From: Candidatus Babeliales bacterium
GTDB taxonomy: Bacteria; Babelota; Babeliae; Babelales; JBFXEV01
Length of the DNA: 64,000 nt
Direction of reading: 5' to 3'
Assembly: GCA_050179755.1 (NCBI GenBank)
Contig: JBFXEV010000001.1
Location: forward strand, 937,994-1,001,993
Made by a program: the position numbers and the translations under genes. Position 1 is the first letter of the stretch; each line of letters begins with the position of its first letter. The notes below the pieces were generated by a model, which worked only from the letters and a program-made list of their open reading frames with translations, was not told the DNA's origin and did not search any database. This document shows, piece after piece, positions 50,512 to 59,357 of this stretch.

Positions 50512-51600
50512 ATGACCAAATATATACTTTTTGTCAGTTTACTCATAACCACGTATGCATTACCTGCGCATGACGAAAAAAAAGGGTCTCACATGAACGT
50601 AGCAATAAATGGGTTTGGCAGAATTGGCAGAAATTTTTTACGTTGCGTGCTGGAGGATTCTGCTGCGTGCAAAAAAATTAAGATAGTTGCTATTAATTTG
50701 GGGCCCATGAATTTAGATGCAGCAGCGCATCTTTTTAAGCATGACACGTTACTGGGCACGTGGCCTGGTAATGTTGAATTGAAAGGTGATAATCTGATAA
50801 TTGATGGCCATGAGATTTTACTTTCAACCGAATGCGATCCTTGTGCGTGCCCTTGGAAAAAGCTTAACATTGATTGGGTTGTGGAATCATCAGGGCGATT
50901 TACCGATCACGATGGTGCAAGTGGGCATCTAAAAGCAGGCGCACGTCATGTGCTCGTCACCGCTCCTATGAAAGGTGATGACACATCTATTGTTCCGGGA
51001 GTTAATTTACATGATTATGATGCCAAGCGAGATAGCATTGTTTCTCTTGGCAGTTGTACTACTAATGCATTAATGCCGCTTTTAAAAGTGCTGCTAGAGC
51101 AATGCGGCATGCAAGCAGGTTATATGTCTACCATTCATGCTTATACAAATGATCAAGTAATACTTGATGTTGGCCATAAAGATTTGCGCAGGGCACGAGC
51201 TGCCGCCGTTAATATTGTGCCTACTACTACGGGTGCTGCTACTATGATAGCAAAATTATTCCCGCAATTAAAAGATAAGGTACCATGCACGTCAATACGC
51301 GTGCCAGTTCCCAAAGTATCGCTTCTTGATGTGTCATTTACGGCAGATAAAGCAATGTCTGTAGAATTGATTAACAAAGCGCTGCTTAAAGCATCGCAAG
51401 ATGATTTGCAATCTATAATGGGTTACTCAGATGAACCGCTTGTTTCATCTGATTACAATAAAAATAATAATTCAGTAACCATTGATAGCTTAATGACGCA
51501 AGCGTGTGGTAAAACAGGCAGAGTCTTTGGTTGGTATGATAACGAATGGGGTTATAGTGAACGGCTCAAAGACTTTCTTATATATATAGCAGATCACTAA
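50512..51600 (+). CDS. gap: type I glyceraldehyde-3-phosphate dehydrogenase with N-terminal signal-peptide-like extension (alternative start 50593)
   Basis: AINGFGRIGR, SCTTN, HAYTNDQ, RRARAAAVNIVPTTTGAA, WYDNEWGYS. Confidence 0.93.
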   Translation: MTKYILFVSLLITTYALPAHDEKKGSHMNVAINGFGRIGRNFLRCVLEDSAACKKIKIVAINLGPMNLDAAAHLFKHDTLLGTWPGNVELKGDNLIIDGHEILLSTECDPCACPWKKLNIDWVVESSGRFTDHDGASGHLKAGARHVLVTAPMKGDDTSIVPGVNLHDYDAKRDSIVSLGSCTTNALMPLLKVLLEQCGMQAGYMSTIHAYTNDQVILDVGHKDLRRARAAAVNIVPTTTGAATMIAKLFPQLKDKVPCTSIRVPVPKVSLLDVSFTADKAMSVELINKALLKASQDDLQSIMGYSDEPLVSSDYNKNNNSVTIDSLMTQACGKTGRVFGWYDNEWGYSERLKDFLIYIADH

Positions 51601-52058
51601 TTATTGTTGATATTAAGAGCGCCTACTAGATCTTTAGCTTCTTTAGCAATTGCCGATAAGGTACGTGCGGTGCCTTGCTTTACGTCATCTTTTTTGGGGT
51701 AATATTTATAATTACCATTTTTTAAGATTACAAGCTTGGGGCTAAGAGATAAGGGACTAATATCTACATGGAGCGCATACGTGCTTTCATCCTGAGAAGT
51801 TCGAGGTACCGCAGCGATGCCCATTGATTTTACTGGTATGAGCACTTTTGATTGAACCCAAGTTATTTTTTTTACTGGTTGTAGACCAGAATTAAGTGTT
51901 TGAGGGGCGTTGTTATCAACAATGCGCGAACCTACGCCTTCTCCTTTATCATTAAAAAGAGTAACGATCACTGAGTCGTTTGAGCTGTTTTGTACTTTAA
52001 GCGTAGCGCTATAAAGCGTTTGTGCGCAGATGAGTGAAACTAATAGCAACTTTTTCAT
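51597..52058 (-). CDS. secreted hypothetical protein
   Basis: GAGG SD; MKKLLLVSLICAQTLYS leader. Confidence 0.7.
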   Translation of the reverse strand: MKKLLLVSLICAQTLYSATLKVQNSSNDSVIVTLFNDKGEGVGSRIVDNNAPQTLNSGLQPVKKITWVQSKVLIPVKSMGIAAVPRTSQDESTYALHVDISPLSLSPKLVILKNGNYKYYPKKDDVKQGTARTLSAIAKEAKDLVGALNINNN

Positions 52059-52198
52059 TTTGCCCTCATTTTAATTTTTGATATAATATTTAATTTCTAC
52101 TATCATTTTATCTGAAATTGAACCTTCAAATCAATATATGGCTCGATTTAGTTACTTCACAAAGGTAATAATTTAGGTTACTATGTAAGAGCTCTGGA

Positions 52199-52275
52199 GG
52201 GCCCATAGCTCAGTCGGTTAGAGCAATCGGCTCATAACCGAGAGGTCCCAGGTTCGAGTCCTGGTGGGCCCACCA
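52199..52275 (+). tRNA. tRNA with CAT anticodon, probably tRNA-Ile2 (lysidine) rather than Met
   Basis: Cloverleaf with GGGCCCA/TGGGCCC acceptor, CTCATAA loop, GGTTCGAGTCC, CCA; no fMet C1:A72 mismatch or GGG/CCC anticodon stem. Confidence 0.9.
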
Positions 52276-52335
52276 TTCACTACAAAATAAGGGGTGTACA
52301 GCATGAATGTTCAGCCAGTAGAAAAAGGTGTTTTC

Positions 52336-53037
52336 GTGAACGAGTCCCCATTGCAAAAGCTCATTGAGCTTGTGAAGTTTGACCAAAAAATCTTAGTTCT
52401 TGAGCATTCGCTCAATTCTCTTGAAAACGAAGTTGCTCAGCATGAGCAAGAAATTTCCCAGATTCAGCATCATCTTGACGTTGCAAAGCAGCATATGCGT
52501 GCAACACGTAAAATTGTTGATGAAAAAGAGCTACGTATGAAAGAGCTTGATCAGATGGAAAAAGACGCCAAAAAGCGTTTAGAGCTCGTGCAGGGTCAAC
52601 GGGAATATGAGTCGGGCATGAAGCAGATTAAGTCGATTCAGAAAGAACAACAAGATTTTGAAGAGCAATTGCTTGAAAGCTGGAAACAGTTTGAGCATGC
52701 ACAAGCGCAATATACTGATAAGTTGCAATTTGTGAATGATAAAACAAAAGAACTGAACGATTTAGTGAGTTCACAATCTATAAAAATAGAAGAATTAAAA
52801 AAAGAAATTGCACTACAAAGCAAAGATAGGCCAGTTATGGAGCTGTCTATTCCCGAAGATTTGATTGCAAAGTACCAGGTGATGCGCAAACGCGTGAAAG
52901 ATCCGGTAGTGCCATTAGAGCATGGTAGTTGCAGTGCTTGTTTTTATCATGTTTTGCAGCAAGATCTTATATCTATCCAACGTGGCGCGCTTAAGCAGTG
53001 CCATAATTGCTTTAGATTTCTCTATTATCCAAAATAA
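52336..53037 (+). CDS. coiled-coil C4 zinc-ribbon protein (DUF164/CT398-like)
   Basis: Long coiled coil then CSAC...CHNCFRFLY; adjacent to RNase H. Confidence 0.85.
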   Translation: MNESPLQKLIELVKFDQKILVLEHSLNSLENEVAQHEQEISQIQHHLDVAKQHMRATRKIVDEKELRMKELDQMEKDAKKRLELVQGQREYESGMKQIKSIQKEQQDFEEQLLESWKQFEHAQAQYTDKLQFVNDKTKELNDLVSSQSIKIEELKKEIALQSKDRPVMELSIPEDLIAKYQVMRKRVKDPVVPLEHGSCSACFYHVLQQDLISIQRGALKQCHNCFRFLYYPK

Positions 53038-53041
53038 CATG

Positions 53042-53128
53042 ATCCTTCGACAAGCTCAGGATGATCGGGATGAAAACATAAGTTACTTGTCCGCTGTAGC
53101 TTTAGCGAAGGCTGGAAGGGATACGAGC
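53042..53128. repeat. composite intergenic repeat: ATCCTTCGACAAGCTCAGGAT hairpin plus REP-like GTAGCTTTAGCGAAG
   Basis: Two palindromes; the second core matches other copies in the window. Confidence 0.65.
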
Positions 53129-53161
53129 TTTACGATACAAATAATTTTTTGAAAGAAATAT

Positions 53162-53677
53162 ATGTCTCAGTTGAAACTATTCAACTCATGCCATCCTACG
53201 CCACCAGAACCAAAAGTTGGCGGTAGTAGATGGACACTTTTTATCGATGGTGCATCACGTAAAAATCCGGGTATTGCAGGAGCCGGCGTTTATTTACTCA
53301 AAGATGATATGCCTAATTTTCAGAAAGGTTTTTATTTAGGGCATAAAACAAATAATCAGGCAGAATATTTGGCTCTTCTCTTGGGCATATTCCACGCAAA
53401 AGAACATTTAAAAAAAGTTGATGCGCTCTATATTATTTCGGATTCAGAGCTTTTGATCAAGCAAATGAAGGGTGAGTATAAAGTTAAAAATCAGCCGCTT
53501 AAAGAATTATTTGATATAGCACATCTTTTATTAAAAGATGTCAGCTATACGTTATGCCATGTTCGAAGAGAAAAAAATATTGAAGCAGATGAGCTTGCCA
53601 ATGTTGGCATTGATAAAAAGGGAAAAGTCCCAGAATCTTTTATAGCGCTGCTGAAATCTCATGGTCTTTCGCTGTAA
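53162..53677 (+). CDS. rnhA: ribonuclease HI
   Basis: FIDGASRKNPG, TNNQAEY, SDSELL, HVRREKN..ADELAN. Confidence 0.92.
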   Translation: MSQLKLFNSCHPTPPEPKVGGSRWTLFIDGASRKNPGIAGAGVYLLKDDMPNFQKGFYLGHKTNNQAEYLALLLGIFHAKEHLKKVDALYIISDSELLIKQMKGEYKVKNQPLKELFDIAHLLLKDVSYTLCHVRREKNIEADELANVGIDKKGKVPESFIALLKSHGLSL

Positions 53678-54980
53678 TATTTTTTTCATGTTTGTTATAA
53701 CTTTGTTCGTGAACGCTTTTGGCGCGAGCACCCGTGACTATGAAAGCGGTGTATCGCTTATCTATCGAGCAGCAGTTATTCGAGCAAATTACCAAAAATT
53801 ACCCTATCGCAAGCGGCCGCGCTGGCAAGCCTATTATCTTGCAGCATTATATCCGCTCGGTGCACATGTGCATGCCAGGCTTGCACAAGACACAAACAAT
53901 GCTGATCAATTTACGTATCAGGTACGCGTATTGCTTCATGAAATTGATCAGAAAGAAGCTGGCAGCTGGAAGCTATCTTCGCCGCAAGGAGTGATAGTTA
54001 AAAATTTTAAAGTGGGCGAGTGGGCGCAATTCCCTCATATGGTGACAGTTGAGTATCGTAATGGAGCGCTGTTTATTAATAAACATAAATCTGCGTCAGA
54101 GCAAATTTGGATAGAGCCTGTCAGTGGCTTTTTGCATTTAAATGGTAATGATTATGCAGGGACAATGCTTTTTGTGAAAGATAAAAAAAAGGGCTATTGT
54201 ATTAGCCAGCTTGATATAGAAGCATATATTGGTTCCGTGCTACGTTGCGAAAGTTGGCCAGGTTGGCCAATTGAGGTTAATAAGGCGTTTGCCATTGCAT
54301 GTAGAAGTTATTTAGTTTCCAAAATAGCAGTGGCCACCCAACGGGGTTTGCCGTTCCATATTAAAAATACTAACATTCATCAAACTTATAACGGCGTGCA
54401 TACCAGCGCTGAGCTTTTGCAGGCAGTTAATGAAACGAAGGGTATTATTTTAGCACATAATAAAAAACCTATAGAAGCAATGTTTGATAGTTGTTGCGGG
54501 GGCGTAATTCCCGCGCATATTGAAGGCGTTGACTTTGCCAAGGCTCCCTATCTTGCACGAACTTCTCTTTGCACCTATTGTAAGCCGTGCAAGATATATA
54601 ATTGGCATGCAGAATATCCGCTCAGTGATGTAGCGCATCGCATGCGTAAAGCTGGCATTAAGGTTAACGCCGTGGATTCAATGGAAATTACCAAACTTGA
54701 TAAAGCGGGCCTTGTAAAAGAAGTGATAGTTAAAGATGGTAAAAAAAGGTATAAATTAAATGGCAAGCAGTGTTATGCTTTGTTTGATAAAGTTAATAGT
54801 TTTTGTTATTCAATAAAAAAAGAGAATAAATCTTTAGTGCTTGCAGGGCGCGGCTATGGGCATCATTTGGGCATTTGCCAATGGGGTGCTCGTAGAATGC
54901 TTGACCACGGTAAGACGTATAGAGACATTTTAGAGTTTTATTATCCTGGTGTTGAGTTTATGAAATTGACAAGTGCTTAA
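53661..54980 (+). CDS. SpoIID/LytB-family peptidoglycan lytic transglycosylase
   Basis: EAYIGSVL..E, KAFAIACRSY, SCCGG, APYL, GRGYGHHLGICQWGA, ILEFYYPG. Confidence 0.88.
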   Translation: MVFRCNIFFMFVITLFVNAFGASTRDYESGVSLIYRAAVIRANYQKLPYRKRPRWQAYYLAALYPLGAHVHARLAQDTNNADQFTYQVRVLLHEIDQKEAGSWKLSSPQGVIVKNFKVGEWAQFPHMVTVEYRNGALFINKHKSASEQIWIEPVSGFLHLNGNDYAGTMLFVKDKKKGYCISQLDIEAYIGSVLRCESWPGWPIEVNKAFAIACRSYLVSKIAVATQRGLPFHIKNTNIHQTYNGVHTSAELLQAVNETKGIILAHNKKPIEAMFDSCCGGVIPAHIEGVDFAKAPYLARTSLCTYCKPCKIYNWHAEYPLSDVAHRMRKAGIKVNAVDSMEITKLDKAGLVKEVIVKDGKKRYKLNGKQCYALFDKVNSFCYSIKKENKSLVLAGRGYGHHLGICQWGARRMLDHGKTYRDILEFYYPGVEFMKLTSA

Positions 54981-54983
54981 ATG

Positions 54984-55067
54984 GCCTGTCCGCCGGCCTG
55001 TGCGCCGTAACTTTTTAGTGAAGGCGTGAGCTTGCCGAGCCTGAAGGCCCGGATAAGCGAAGGAGGA
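54984..55067. repeat. nested degenerate REP-like elements
   Basis: GCCTGTCCGCCG...GCGAAGGAGGA enclosing GCGCCGTAACTTTTTAGTGAAGGCGT. Confidence 0.55.
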
Positions 55068-55153
55068 AGTTTATGAAATTAACCTCAGCACAAGCGTAGC
55101 CTATTCACTTGGGGTGAGCCGGTGAAGCAAATAAATCGTGGGAGGTATGAAGC

Positions 55154-55615
55154 ATGCCAAATTATAAAAGTCACTTAACCGGTGGATTAGTAGCGGCCGG
55201 GATCTTGTTATATTTTATGAGCTGGTGGTTATCCGTAAGTGCTGCACTTGCCGTGCAACTTGTGCTGTGCGCATTATTTGGGAGCTTGTTTCCTGATATT
55301 GATACCAAAAGCCAAGGGCAATTGCTCTCATATCGTTTTCTTGGCATTGTACTCATTGTTCTGATACTTCAACAACGCGTGGTCTTGGCTCTTGCTTGTA
55401 GTGCTGTGGGGATTTTGCCACTCATCGTGCATCACAGAGGACTATTTCATAGAGCATGGTTTATTGCTGCAGTGTGCATAGGCATAGTTACCTATGCCTA
55501 TCTTTATCAGTCAGCCTATCTATCTCTAGTTGTATTGCACGCAGTATTTTTCTTTGTTGGTGCACTCTCACACATTTGGCTTGATGTAGGTATTAAGAGA
55601 ATGTTTAGGGTATAA
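55154..55615 (+). CDS. membrane metal-dependent hydrolase (YdjM-like)
   Basis: YKSH, GSLFPDIDT, HRGLFH, SHIWLD; several TM helices. Confidence 0.85.
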   Translation: MPNYKSHLTGGLVAAGILLYFMSWWLSVSAALAVQLVLCALFGSLFPDIDTKSQGQLLSYRFLGIVLIVLILQQRVVLALACSAVGILPLIVHHRGLFHRAWFIAAVCIGIVTYAYLYQSAYLSLVVLHAVFFFVGALSHIWLDVGIKRMFRV

Positions 55616-55638
55616 AAGTACTTACGTACTTTGGATGT

Positions 55639-56670
55639 TTATTCATCCTTTTCTTTTTTTATCTTGTCTGATGCGTGTCCAGCTTCATGTAACTTTTTTA
55701 ACCGATCTTGTGCTTTAAGTACTGTATAAAATCGTAGAGCATATAAATTTAAGCTTTCAGGAACTTCATTATTCGTTAAAGCAGTTGAAGCACTTCTTAT
55801 GTTTATCTCAGCTGTAAATGGTGAAGGTGAGCTGTGCTGCACGGTGGCTAAAATATGTTTGGCAGTACCGGCAAGTTCAATAGCCTTTTTATCGGCTTTC
55901 GTTTCGCTTGATATTTGGCAACTTTCGTTTCGTACAAAATGCAGTAAAGCTAGACAGGGAAAAAATGGTAGAACAATAAGAGGATTTAAAAGTAGCGCGA
56001 CTGCCGTAGCACCCAGAACTCCTCCTGCCGATTGTGTATTTATTTTAAATTGCTGAACGAGGCCATCATCATTTCTGGAATATGCCATGGAAATACGGGC
56101 AATTTCGCGTTCAATCATGCCAAGAAGTATATGTGTATGCTTGTTTTGAGTGGGAGTGGTTTGTGCTTCATGTTTTTCTTGTTTTGCAAGTTCATACGTT
56201 GTGCTGGGTAGCGCAATTGCGTGGCAAATATAGCCATCTATAAAATGAGTAACCGAAGCAGCCGTAAGCGCATCAAGATGCACGTTGCGACGATCGTTAG
56301 GACTTTGCTTATAAAGGCAGAGCCAGTTAGCTTTGCTTTCTGGGCTATTTAGTTTTGCTTTTTGGGCTACTGTAGTAAGGTGTTCATCTTGTTCAAGTTC
56401 GGTTAACCGTTCATCTTCAATACTTATTCCTTGTTGTGCAAATAGCGTTTGAACTGTAGCATATCTTTCACTTTCAAAAGGCATAAATCTTTGCTTTCCT
56501 AGACAAGTGCTTACAATAGTTCTTTCCAAATTGCCACTAAGCAATAACCCGCTTAATCTGCTTGCACAGGAAGTTGTAGGTTGAGGCATGAGTGCCTGAG
56601 GCTCCATAGTATAATTTGACATGCTTATTATTAAGCTAAGGAATGAAATTGTGTGTAGTGCTTTGTTCAT
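55639..56670 (-). CDS. secreted orphan (signal peptide|MEP), possible inactive M48-like peptidase
   Basis: GGAG SD; leader ending NYT-MEP; REIAR, TM segment, ETKADKKA. Confidence 0.7.
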   Translation of the reverse strand: MNKALHTISFLSLIISMSNYTMEPQALMPQPTTSCASRLSGLLLSGNLERTIVSTCLGKQRFMPFESERYATVQTLFAQQGISIEDERLTELEQDEHLTTVAQKAKLNSPESKANWLCLYKQSPNDRRNVHLDALTAASVTHFIDGYICHAIALPSTTYELAKQEKHEAQTTPTQNKHTHILLGMIEREIARISMAYSRNDDGLVQQFKINTQSAGGVLGATAVALLLNPLIVLPFFPCLALLHFVRNESCQISSETKADKKAIELAGTAKHILATVQHSSPSPFTAEINIRSASTALTNNEVPESLNLYALRFYTVLKAQDRLKKLHEAGHASDKIKKEKDE

Positions 56671-57485
56671 TGAAAATTCTCCAAGTTAAAGAGGTTTTGG
56701 GCCGTTTGCGTAGTAGTTTTGGCTACTTGGTTAAAAGATATATCTCTGAGTTCAGCCAAATACTGTGCAATAGCTTTAATATATTTAGGGTGGTTTGGTT
56801 TGCCCCGCATTTCCTGGATGGGTAAATAGGGGGCATCCGTTTCCAAAACTATTTTTTCTAAAGGTAGTGTAGCAAAAATTTCACGCAAAATACTATTTTT
56901 GGGATAAGTCAGTGGCCCACCAATGCCCAAAACAAAGCCTAGATCAACTGAAAATTGTGCAAAAGCTTGGTCGCCAGAAAAGCAGTGTATAATGCCTTTA
57001 AGATTTTCATGCTTAAACTTTTCAAGTACCAGTGCTGTTTCGTCAAGCGCGTCCCGCGTGTGTACCACTATGGGCAGATTATGCTCGAGTGCCAATTCTA
57101 TGTGAGCATTAAAAGCATCTATTTGACGTGGTAGATCTGTATCGGGGTAATGGCGGTCAAGGCCACATTCTCCTATGCCGACAATTCGGTTAGATTCTTT
57201 ATCTTTTACCAGTTTTTCTATTTCTTTAAAATCTCTCAGCCATTCTTTGGTACAGTCATTGGGGTGAATGCCAACTACCGCATAAATTTCATCATATTTT
57301 TTGGCCAGTTCAACGCAGTTTTGGCTTTCTATAAGGCTTGTTCCAACATTAATAAATTGAGTTACCCCTTCTTGTGCGCATTCTTTAAGGATATTTGATG
57401 CATCCGCTATTTCACTCGGTGTTAATGGTACGTCAAATTTCTTTTTGACCATAATATTAAGATGGGCATGTGTGTCTATGAGCAT
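56667..57485 (-). CDS. tatD: TatD-family DNase
   Basis: LIDTHAH, GIHP, IGECGLD, HTRDA, HCFSG, ETDAPYL. Confidence 0.95.
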   Translation of the reverse strand: MLIDTHAHLNIMVKKKFDVPLTPSEIADASNILKECAQEGVTQFINVGTSLIESQNCVELAKKYDEIYAVVGIHPNDCTKEWLRDFKEIEKLVKDKESNRIVGIGECGLDRHYPDTDLPRQIDAFNAHIELALEHNLPIVVHTRDALDETALVLEKFKHENLKGIIHCFSGDQAFAQFSVDLGFVLGIGGPLTYPKNSILREIFATLPLEKIVLETDAPYLPIQEMRGKPNHPKYIKAIAQYLAELRDISFNQVAKTTTQTAQNLFNLENFQ

Positions 57486-57692
57486 GGAAAATCCTAGCAA
57501 CTTTATGAAATTCTTACTTATTCGATCTGGAGATCGTTTTTGATAAGTCTATAGAAATCGCAAAAAAAATTTACAAAAAGTTGACAAAATTAGAAAAATA
57601 CATATCTTGGAATTATCACAGGAATAAATTGGAGAAAAGTGAGTTTGAAGCAAAGCAGTGTTTAATCTTCTAACTATATAAGGAGTTCTCTC

Positions 57693-57971
57693 ATGAATAA
57701 AAGTGAACTTATTGATTCACTCAGCGAAGAAACAGCTTTTAGCAAAAAAGATGTTGCTCGCGTAATGGATAGTTTTTCTCGCATTGTACAACGTACACTT
57801 AAAAAAGGTGATCGCGTACAATGGGCTGGATTTGGTACGTTCTTAGTATCACGTCGCCCAGCTCGTAAAGGGATTAACCCAGCCACTAAACAACGAATTG
57901 ATCTTCCTGCGATTAACGTACCTCGTTTTAAACCAGGTAAAAATCTTAGAGAGACAGTTCGTTCAGTGTAG
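57693..57971 (+). CDS. hup: DNA-binding protein HU
   Basis: MNKSELI, GFGTF, RKGINPAT, PRFKPGK. Confidence 0.95.
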   Translation: MNKSELIDSLSEETAFSKKDVARVMDSFSRIVQRTLKKGDRVQWAGFGTFLVSRRPARKGINPATKQRIDLPAINVPRFKPGKNLRETVRSV

Positions 57972-58001
57972 TTTAACTACGAATAAAGCTTTTTCTTGTA
58001 T

Positions 58002-58025
58002 AAGGCCGCATTATGCGGCCTTTTT
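58002..58025 (+). terminator. intrinsic terminator
   Basis: AAGGCCGCA-TTA-TGCGGCCTTTTT. Confidence 0.85.
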
Positions 58026-58097
58026 CTTTGCCTAATTTTCAATTTTCCGGTAAGGTAATTTAGTAATAGTATACGTAGAAACTTACCTGGTATTCTC

Positions 58098-59342
58098 ATG
58101 ATAGATTTACATCGCCTTCGCACACAGCCCAAAGAAACTATAGCACTCCTTCTTAAAAAAGAACCTTCATTTGATGGGCAAAAACTTTTTGATTTAGATG
58201 TTCAAGTACGCCAAATACGCTCTGATGTGGAAACTTTGCGTGCTACTAAAAATGATTTAGCTTCCAAAGCAAAAGGTGGCGTAACTGCTGAGTTGCGTGA
58301 GCAATCAATCCAAATAGGCAAGCAGTTAAAAGAGCTTGAGCAAAAATTGATAGAGATGGAAGAGCAGTTTAATCATATATATTTACGAGCGCCAAATTTA
58401 ATTTTTGATGAAGTTCCTGCGGGTAACAAAGAATCAAATAAAGTTATGAGGATGGTGGGAGAAAAAGCGAAATTTGATTTTGAGCCAAAGCATCATCTTG
58501 AAATTGGCACCAAGCTTGGTTGGTTTGATTTTGAAACAGCCGCAACGCTTGCAGGTAGCCAATTTGTGCTGTATAAAGGGCAAGGTGTTGAAGTGATGTA
58601 TGCGCTGTGCATGTTTATGTTAGGCCACAATAGATCACGCGGCTATCAGATGATCTTGCCGCCATACGTAGTAAACGAAAAATCTCTTCAAATTGCAAGT
58701 AACTTTCCTAAATTTGTAGACCAAGTCTATAAAGTGCAAGAAGATGATCTGTATTTAATTCCTACATCAGAAGTTAGTTTGACCAATATGTATCGTGAGG
58801 CAATATTTACGATAGAAGAATTGCCAAAGCGCATGACGTCATGGACCAGCTGTTTCCGGCGCGAAGCAGGTGGCTATGGTGCTACTGAGCGTGGTTTAAT
58901 TCGCATGCACGAATTTGAAAAAGTTGAATTATATACGTTTTGTGAACCGGAAAACAGTAGTGCAGAGCAAGAAAAAATGCTTGAGTGCGCAACAGCAATT
59001 CTTGATAAATTAGGTTTGCATTATAGAGTCTCATTGCTTGCAGCACAAGATTGCTCGTTCCCTTCAGCAAAAACATATGATATAGAAGTATGGATGCCGG
59101 GCCAACAAGCGTATTACGAAGTTTCTTCTATAAGTAATTGTACTGATTATCAATCACGCCGTGGTGCAATACGATATCGCAAAACTGCTGGCGGAAAAAC
59201 TGAGCTTGTTCATACTTTAAACGGCTCCTCACTTGCATTGTCGCGTTTAATGGTTGCTTTAATTGAAACGTATCAGCAAAAAGATGGTTCAGTAAAATTA
59301 CCTGACTTTTTGAGTCAGTTTGGTGTGCCTGATATTAAATAA
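58098..59342 (+). CDS. serS: serine--tRNA ligase
   Basis: YLIPTSEV, CFRREAG, GLIRMHEFEKVE, KTYDIEVW, HTLNGS. Confidence 0.97.
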   Translation: MIDLHRLRTQPKETIALLLKKEPSFDGQKLFDLDVQVRQIRSDVETLRATKNDLASKAKGGVTAELREQSIQIGKQLKELEQKLIEMEEQFNHIYLRAPNLIFDEVPAGNKESNKVMRMVGEKAKFDFEPKHHLEIGTKLGWFDFETAATLAGSQFVLYKGQGVEVMYALCMFMLGHNRSRGYQMILPPYVVNEKSLQIASNFPKFVDQVYKVQEDDLYLIPTSEVSLTNMYREAIFTIEELPKRMTSWTSCFRREAGGYGATERGLIRMHEFEKVELYTFCEPENSSAEQEKMLECATAILDKLGLHYRVSLLAAQDCSFPSAKTYDIEVWMPGQQAYYEVSSISNCTDYQSRRGAIRYRKTAGGKTELVHTLNGSSLALSRLMVALIETYQQKDGSVKLPDFLSQFGVPDIK

Positions 59343-59357
59343 ATTTATATAAATGTT

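Noticed and set aside
52199..52275. Initiator tRNA-fMet
   Set aside because: G1-C72 is paired and there are no three consecutive G-C pairs in the anticodon stem; elongator Met is not fully excluded
52922..53152. 76-aa ORF containing ILRQAQD and LSAVALAKAG
   Set aside because: Translation of intergenic palindromic repeats overlapping the zinc-ribbon gene end
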